NCBI GenBank assembly: GCA_048772705.1
Contig: JBLWGC010000104.1
Span: 1,116,001 to 1,180,000 of the forward strand
Origin: Leidyana gryllorum EB-2025a
Lineage: Eukaryota; Protista; Apicomplexa
DNA: 64,000 nt
Direction of reading: 5' to 3'
Part shown: in pieces, positions 57,240 to 64,000 of the stretch
Layout: each line of letters begins with the position of its first letter
Numbering within the stretch: position 1 is the stretch's first letter
Made by a program: the position numbers and the translations under genes
The notes under the pieces: model-generated
Database searches by the model: none
What the model was told of the DNA's origin: nothing
Seen by the model: the letters and a program-made list of their open reading frames with translations, nothing else

Positions 57240-57590
57240 TCATTCCGTTACGATATTGACATTTTGTTGGTAACATCGTCCGATCGTAGCTGTCCATTCT
57301 GATAGCTCCCGGACGTTGGTCCAATTTGGTAGATTTAGACCGCAAACATATCCACTTGATTGCTGGACACACTCATCCAAGTCTTCCAAAGAACTTGTAG
57401 GACATCCTAGCCAATGTGTTGGACAATACTTGTTGGCGCACTCTAAACTGTCGATCACGTTGCCAGCAGCATCACGCGTCTGTATCAGCTGCATACACAC
57501 GCATACAGCGGCTGACTTGAAGTGATTCGTGGGTGCCGCACCGCCGGCGCACACAACCGCACCCAATATAGATATAGAGCACCAACGCAT
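57240..57590 (-). CDS. Small secreted Cys-rich protein
   Basis: Signal-peptide-like N-terminus with 8 Cys downstream; fills the intergenic gap. Confidence 0.6.
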   Translation of the reverse strand: MRWCSISILGAVVCAGGAAPTNHFKSAAVCVCMQLIQTRDAAGNVIDSLECANKYCPTHWLGCPTSSLEDLDECVQQSSGYVCGLNLPNWTNVRELSEWTATIGRCYQQNVNIVTE

Positions 57591-57649
57591 TCAAAAACCA
57601 AAACTAAATTCATTTGACACACGTGTGCTACATACTATTTGAAATCAAG

Positions 57650-58433
57650 ATGGTGTTCGGACGTCAACGTCGACCTAATGGCTCGGACGGTGGGCTTCGT
57701 ATCAATTAGAGGATGCATATCGTGGTATAGAAAGCGGTCAGGCACTGTCGCCTTTTGACTCCTTCATGACGCCCTTTGGAAGCGGATTCGGTGATAATTG
57801 TGAGTATATGCTGCTCTGCGGTACGACATGATATCAAAGGGTTGTCAAGGTCGTTCTTCGGCCGTGATGATGGCTTTTTTGGCTCTATGAGACCCTTCAT
57901 GGACCACCATCACAGCATGGACGCATTCACCGATCCCAATCGGTTCGCTGATTTCTGTGCTCCAGAGGCACCACAGGGCACTCGAGGACAATATCACAGC
58001 CAAGTAATGGTTATGTCGTCCTCAACAGGCCCTGATGGGAAACCCAGAACTACACGATACATGCAAAGTACCAGTGGCGACGCGGACCGACAACTCCGCC
58101 AAGTACATCAAGCCTACTCGGATAGCGCTACTGGGCTGGACCGTATGGCATTAGAGAGACACGTAGCGGATCAGGGGCGCCGAGTCGTACGTGAAGTCAA
58201 TCGTCGCACTGGCGAAGAGAATCGAACAGACAATTATCGCGGATTGGACGAGAGTATGTTCAGAAGGATTTTGGTTTCCCATTTCTCACGTGTCTACTTC
58301 AGGCCAGCGAGACAACTTTGACACTCTGTGGGCGCAGCAGACGCGCAGCGCTATTGGCGATGCATATTCGCCGCTTTCGCGCGACTACAGGCGACAGCAT
58401 CCTCATCATCAACAGATTAGTGACCGTCATTGA
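57650..58433 (+). CDS. Myeloid leukemia factor (MLF) family protein (multi-exon)
   Basis: SQVMVMSS..GPDG.P, DSATGLDRMALERHV.D.G..V.R..N.RTGEE...Y.GLDE...FD..W. Confidence 0.8.
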
Positions 58434-58799
58434 GTTTGCGCGAAGAGGAGGACTGATGGAGTTCGTTTGTCGGTTGAGCGGATGGTGTGGTTGTGAGCAA
58501 AGCGGCTGACTAGTGATGGCCGATCGAGGTGTTTGACATAGTTTATCTTTCACGTGTTGATGCTTTGGTGTGGATGGCTGGATTGAACAGCCTGCCTTGT
58601 GCTCTCTCTGATTCGAAACTCTCATTCTAACATATGAGCGCTGTGAGACTCTAAGTCTCAGCACACTACACAGTGATATTCTTGATACCGCAAGACACAT
58701 GGTAAAAGGTGCATAACAAGGCAGACACGGCGGATTTGTCGACACAAACACATGTTACCAAATTGATTAGAATTTGTTGTTTGATTCAGGTGTTTTGCA

Positions 58800-60698
58800 A
58801 TGACCACTATCGCTGCCTGCCTTGCTGCGGGTCACCACGACATTGAGGGATGTGTGGTCGGTACAACGGAAGTGGTTCCAGTACCTATAGCCGCGGCGCC
58901 TTCTCTTGGCGCTAAACGTGGCTCGAAGACATACATTGGATCCAAGAGTCAATTGGCAGAATCTTTGCAATTGGCCAGCAAAGAGGACTTATTCCATCAG
59001 CCCCATGTAGCGACCTCTCCAACGGCGCCCATCGCGACATCAATTTTTGACTTGTTCAAAGTCGGTCCCGGTCCATCAAGCTCCCACACAATAGGTCCGA
59101 TGAAAGCATCTTTTGATTTTCTTCAGGATCTGCGTCAACAGTTCGGTGACTCCGACCTTTCACGGAGTAACGGACGTCGATACCGGGTTGAGGTTCATTT
59201 GTTCGGGTCGTTGAGCGCTACAGGGAAAGGACACGGGACCGACATTGCTTTGGTCGGCGGTTTGTTGGGGTGGCTGCCCCCAACGTGTGACCCACACGCT
59301 TTGGCCAGTTTGATGACCAAGCCGGGGCAAGTGTATAGATTGCCAATCTGCACCGAAGCCAATGCATCTCCTTCATCTGATGGAGGCCAATCGAGCGAGA
59401 GTCAAGTACTCCAAGAACTAGACAATGAGGACCACTTCAGCGACAATTCACAAGGTCCGGAGAGAAAAATGACTACGGGATCAAGTAGTGACTATCGAGT
59501 TTACGTAAGTCTCACTCACTGTGGGTGCCGTTGACTTGCCGAATTCTCCGTGCCTACCAACCTGGTGTGTGTGTGTGTCTGATGTGTCGGTGTCGGCGAG
59601 GTCTTGAAATAAGTATTTATGCAGTATGATGTGGATAAAGTGGCAGTGGGGGCGGAGTCATTCGTGTGGCACGACCCCAACGAGGAAACAGGGTACCCAC
59701 ATCCCAACACAGTGGTGTTAAAGTTTATTGACGACTCCGAGAAAGTTTGTTTGGAGGGAGAGTATTACTCCGTCGGTGGAGGTTTTATCCAGAAAAAAGG
59801 ACACAAAGCAGAAGATGCCCGTGATATCATTCCCCCCTATCCGTACACGAACTTCGCTGAGGTGGCCGCCCATATGGCTGCGGATCCCTCTTTGACTTGG
59901 GCTGAACTGATGATGGAGAATGAGATCGCGCTGAGCGGAATGAGCAGAGAAGACGTCGAGACAAATTTGGATTCCATCATCTCCTACATGGAACGCGCGG
60001 TCGAGAGAGGTTTAGCGACACGGGGAAAGCTCCCCGGTCCCATCAAGCTCGATCGCAAGGCAGCGGACATTTATGAGCACGCCCGTCGGAACAATCTGAG
60101 AGCCGACAACTTTCTGAATTTTCTGAACGCGTACTGCTGTGCCGCCAGTGAAGAGAATGCTGCGGGCCATGTGGTGGTGACGGCTCCGACAAGCGGAGCC
60201 TCTGGAGTCTTCCCGGGCTTGATCTACTTCATGAAACATCATCTATTTTACAGTCCCAAGGCGATCCGAGAGTCAATGATGGTCGGTGCTTGCATAGGGT
60301 TTCTGGTAAAGAGGAACGCTTCAATTAGCGGTGCGGAGATGGGCTGCATGGGCGAAGTCGGCACCGCATCTGGAATGGGGGCTGCTATGCTTGCGTACGC
60401 CGCTGGCCTAACCCTCAGACAGATCGAGGCCGCTGCAGAGACAGCCATCGAACACCATCTCGGCTTGACTTGTGACCCTGTTGGAGGCTACGTTCAGGTG
60501 CCCTGCATCCAACGAAACCCCTTCGGAGCGGTCAAAGCATACAACGCTTACATGATGGCTGTGTCGCAACTCACAGAACATCAACTCCTCTCACTCGATC
60601 TCGTTATCAGGACCATGCGCGACACTGGCAATGATATGCACAAGAAGTACAAAGAGACCAGCGAAGGAGGGCTGGCCGCGAACTTTACATGTTGCTGA
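58800..60698 (+). CDS. sdaA: Fe-S dependent L-serine dehydratase, fused beta-alpha type (1 intron, 59505-59624)
   Basis: FKVGPGPSSSHTIGPM, GSLSATGKGHGTD, EENAAG..VVTAPT.G, GAEMGC.GEVG, LGLTCDPVGGYVQVPC, YKETS.GGLA. Confidence 0.95.
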
Positions 60699-60868
60699 GT
60701 ACATTACTACATTTGTGCAGTGTGCAATTGCGCCGTGCGCAGTGCGTTATTTTTTTTGGCAGCGTGCAGACTGCACATTGTGCCCCTTAATGAGAATTTT
60801 AGATCTGACACCAACAGTACAAAAACCGAAATAATTGGCTCTGTCCTTTCTCACTTTGTCGAGCACTC

Positions 60869-62414
60869 ATGGCTGGTTCCGACTCTATCTTCAAGCGACA
60901 GGTCTCATTACAAGTGTTCTCGCGCTTCGGCTCGGCGCGCGATCTACTGCTCCCAAGCCGCTCCCGGTCTGCTTCTAGGGGAGAGAAGCAGCAGGGGGTG
61001 TCGGAGTCAGATCAAGAGACTACAAGTAGCTTCGAGCCCACCAATGTCCCTGCAATCCACACCTCCATAGCTGCATCTTCAAACAAGCTCACTCGACTTG
61101 AACAAGCCAATCTCACTGCCTGCTCGCTTTCTTACACAACCACTCAATTTCTGAGTCCGTTCTCATCCCGCTCTCCTGCTAGCCCTGTCTACGGGAAGTT
61201 ACACAAGCCTGGTAGGCACGGGATCCTCGAATGGGCTCCATCTGCATGCTCCGGTGCCCAGACCGACCCCCTGCTCATCGAATACTTCCCCATTCCTCCC
61301 TTTCGAAATGCTAATACCTGTTATTGCAGCCTTATTAACTCTTATACTTGATCTAGATGAAACCTGTGTTAGGAGTATGATTAATTACAAAGCTGCAAAT
61401 GCTACCGAGGACGTGTCTACGCACACCGACATCGGTCATGTTACTGTCTTTTACAGACCTTTTCTCATTACTATGCTTCGAGCACTTCGCTCTCTGAATG
61501 TGGAAATTCTTCTTTTCACCGCTAGTCACCAAGTAAGCCAATTACCCCCCATGCTGTTCACTGCGCCCGCGTACGCATTAAGTACCGTCTATGTGTGCAA
61601 TGTGCAACTAGAGCTACGCGATGTGCAACTAGAGATGCGCGATGTGCAATCGATAACTGCCGTGTGCGTCCGAAATGTGCCAACAGGAACCGCTATGGAC
61701 GAAATGTGTTCATCACCACGGCACCTTTCAGACTTATTCGGATGCCATATTGGATATTATCGACCCCGATCGAGAACTGATTTCCGAGAGATATTATAGA
61801 CACCATACCATTCCGCACCCAACGAAGCCTAATGTACTTTGCAAGGTAAGGAACAGCTCAGACGGTATCTGGGCACCTTGTAAGCGGCACGGGAACGTGC
61901 ACCCCACAGTATTTCCCAATCAAAGTGTTTACCCCACACACGCACTGTTCCTATGCTGACAAATGGCCCCACAATGTACTGACTTTCGAGTCGATATGTT
62001 GGTCCACAGGACCTTTCAATTCTGGGGAGGAACCTGAATCGGTGCCTCCTGATAGACGACTTGCCAGACACCTCTGTCCTTCAACCGACCAATGTATGGC
62101 CAATTATGCCTTACTCCAAATCTTTGAGGTGTGGTGCGGTTAGCAATGTGGTGGGGCGTCGTCTTCAGGAGGCCCGGTTCAGGAAGTTCTGTGCTCCGGT
62201 GGTGTTGTCGCCGTCGTTGTCGGGGTTGCAGCGTTCAGTCATGGGTGTTCAGCAACCAGACTACGCATTTCTCAACCTTTTCGCTCTCGTCAAGCTCCTC
62301 TTGCGGAGCGGTCTGGACGTACCGACATTCACTCAAAGGTTCCCGGTAAGTCTTTTGCACCATGCTGCACCATGGGCACAATCACTTGACAGAAGGAGGT
62401 CCGCTCGGCGCTAA
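60869..62414 (+). CDS. FCP/SCP (NIF) HAD phosphatase (multi-exon)
   Basis: LILDLDET, YRPF, FTAS..|YSDAILD.IDP, KDLS.LGR.L...LLIDD. Ends are approximate. Confidence 0.8.
61600..61650 (+). repeat. Intronic 21-nt tandem repeat (about 2.5 copies)
   Basis: atgtgcaactagagctacgcg / atgtgcaactagagatgcgcg / atgtgcaa. Confidence 0.7.
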
Positions 62415-62811
62415 CAACTCAAACATCCAAATTGTGGCTTCCCAACCACAAACCAGAGGAAAACAAAGGTTGTCCGACCCCAAACGCGCAAAGATAAATA
62501 TTGTCCGGCTCACACCAATCAAACCAAGATACGGATCTCTTTCTCCTGCTTGGCTCGCTGTCTTTCTCCCGGGGTGTGGAATCGAAACAGCGCGGAGATA
62601 TATTGCTGCTTGTGCGGTCGGTGTGGTGCCGCTTTCCTACTCACTCATCCCCCTTCTCTCTCACTCTTTCACTCGAATTGCACAATTTATGTTGACAGAG
62701 GTGCGCGCGTCACCTGCCCGCTGCTGCACTCTGCTTTCTTCTGCTCTCTATACGAGACTCTTCTAGCGCGTTCAGTACAAATCTTGAGACTTACTAAAAA
62801 ATTATACGGCT

Positions 62812-64000
62812 ATGGAGGCAAAAGGGCTCTTAAATGCGAGGCTCAATACTGCTCTCCTGTTGCTTAAGGGAGCTGTAGTCTCGGGACTTGGTCTACGTCT
62901 GGGTCGCAGTGTACAACGAATCAAGCAAGGCAAAAATGGCAAAGCTTCTCTCATCTTCGGACGTCTGCCCGGAGAAGAGAATGCGCCTTCTCTTGATCAG
63001 CAAGAAGAGATCGCTCACACCCTGAGAGCGATGGTAAGCTCTCACTTCCTTGATCTAAAGTCGTAGTGTCTGTATGCCATGGGTGTGTGGCCAGGTGTGC
63101 GAGTCTCTCTGTGGCGTGTGTGGAGTGTGTGAAGAAGTGTGGCTGTGAATTGATGTGTTTGTTTCTCTCGGTAGATTGCGGAGAATGCCACGGTGCATGT
63201 GATGTTGGTGGAGAGGGGATTGGCGGAGGAACACTACGGCGAGGCAATGCTGGATGAGAGTGGCATTCCGAACACTCTCACCCAGCTGCGGATAGTTTAC
63301 ATATCCAACTTTGTTCTTGCCGCGTGTGGACGAGTTTATCTTACTTCTACTGGTGCTGTTGGGGTTGTGGAGTCACTGAGCTTTGAGCACGACGCTGATA
63401 AAGGTACATTGGAGGTTTCGATCAAGATCGCGGTCGAATATCCTGCAAGCATTGGCTGCGAAGCCGCTGCAACTCCAGCCGAAATGATAACTGCCGCTGA
63501 GGGACTTCCGAAATTGAGGGATTTGGTGAGCGAGAGTACTCAGGAGTTCATTCTCGGCGCGGCTCATCATGCTGGAGATGTCGCTCCAGGTGACGACGTA
63601 GTAACACCTTGGACGGTTCAAGCTGGCTCGAAGGGGGTGGACTACGACAAGTTGGTTATCAGATTTGGTTGTCAAAAGTTGTCCTCGGCGCTGCTTGAAA
63701 GATTTGAACGCGCTACGGGCCGTAGAGCCCATCATCTCATACGACGCGGACTCTTTTTTGCACACCGAGATCTCGAGGCCATCTGTGAAGCCAAAGAGAA
63801 AGGCCTTCCTTTGTACCTCTACACTGGAAGGGGACCTTCATCCGAGGCTCTTCATGTTGGTCATCTTATTCCTTTCATCATTAACAAATGGCTTCAAGAG
63901 GCGCTGGATTGTCCACTTGTCATCCAGCTGACCGATGATGAAAAGTTCTTGTTCGGTCAGAATAAGCCTCTTGAAGAGTACCACCGACTGGGCTATGAAA
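62812..64000 (+). CDS. WARS: Cytosolic tryptophanyl-tRNA synthetase with N-terminal AlaX-like domain (partial)
   Basis: VVTPWTV, VDYDKL..RFG, RRGLFFAHRD, YLYTGRGPSS..LHVGH, IQLTDDEKFL; one intron at about 63034-63174. Confidence 0.93.

Noticed and set aside
59560-59600. (TG)n tracts in the SdaA and TrpRS introns as functional elements
   Set aside because: Short imperfect microsatellites with no recognisable snoRNA boxes.
1-64000. Prokaryotic contig, CRISPR array, rRNA/tRNA or transposase
   Set aside because: Spliceosomal introns and eukaryote-specific genes occur throughout. I saw no repeat-spacer array, RNA gene, or transposase/RT motif.

Overview
This is a very gene-dense eukaryotic genome segment, not a prokaryotic one. 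It has many short GT-AG introns (mostly about 35-120 nt) and intergenic gaps often under 60 nt. An alveolin/IMC protein, a GAP45 glideosome protein and an AlaX-fused TrpRS identify an apicomplexan. The balanced GC content and extreme compaction suggest a gregarine (inference). Most of the window is intron-containing housekeeping genes: MCM4, U2AF65, NIP7, NUF2, Pol kappa, ZIP, ITPase, ROK1, RPS3, eIF3a, proteasome alpha4, GPR89, TRAPPC2, PP2C, MLF, a CTD phosphatase and TrpRS. Two intronless accessory islands stand out. (1) At 1-13 kb there is a cluster of at least four paralogues of an unrecognised large-protein family with filamentous-haemagglutinin-like beta-helix rungs, a duplicable N-terminal module and a putative Zn site. 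(2) At 38.8-46.1 kb there is a tandem triplet of bacterial PcnB-type nucleotidyltransferases (two with intact DxD but different nucleotide-selection motifs, one pseudoenzyme) followed by decaying ORFs. A bacterial-type Fe-S L-serine dehydratase with a spliceosomal intron is a further HGT candidate. All gene models and homologies were read by eye and no database searches were run.
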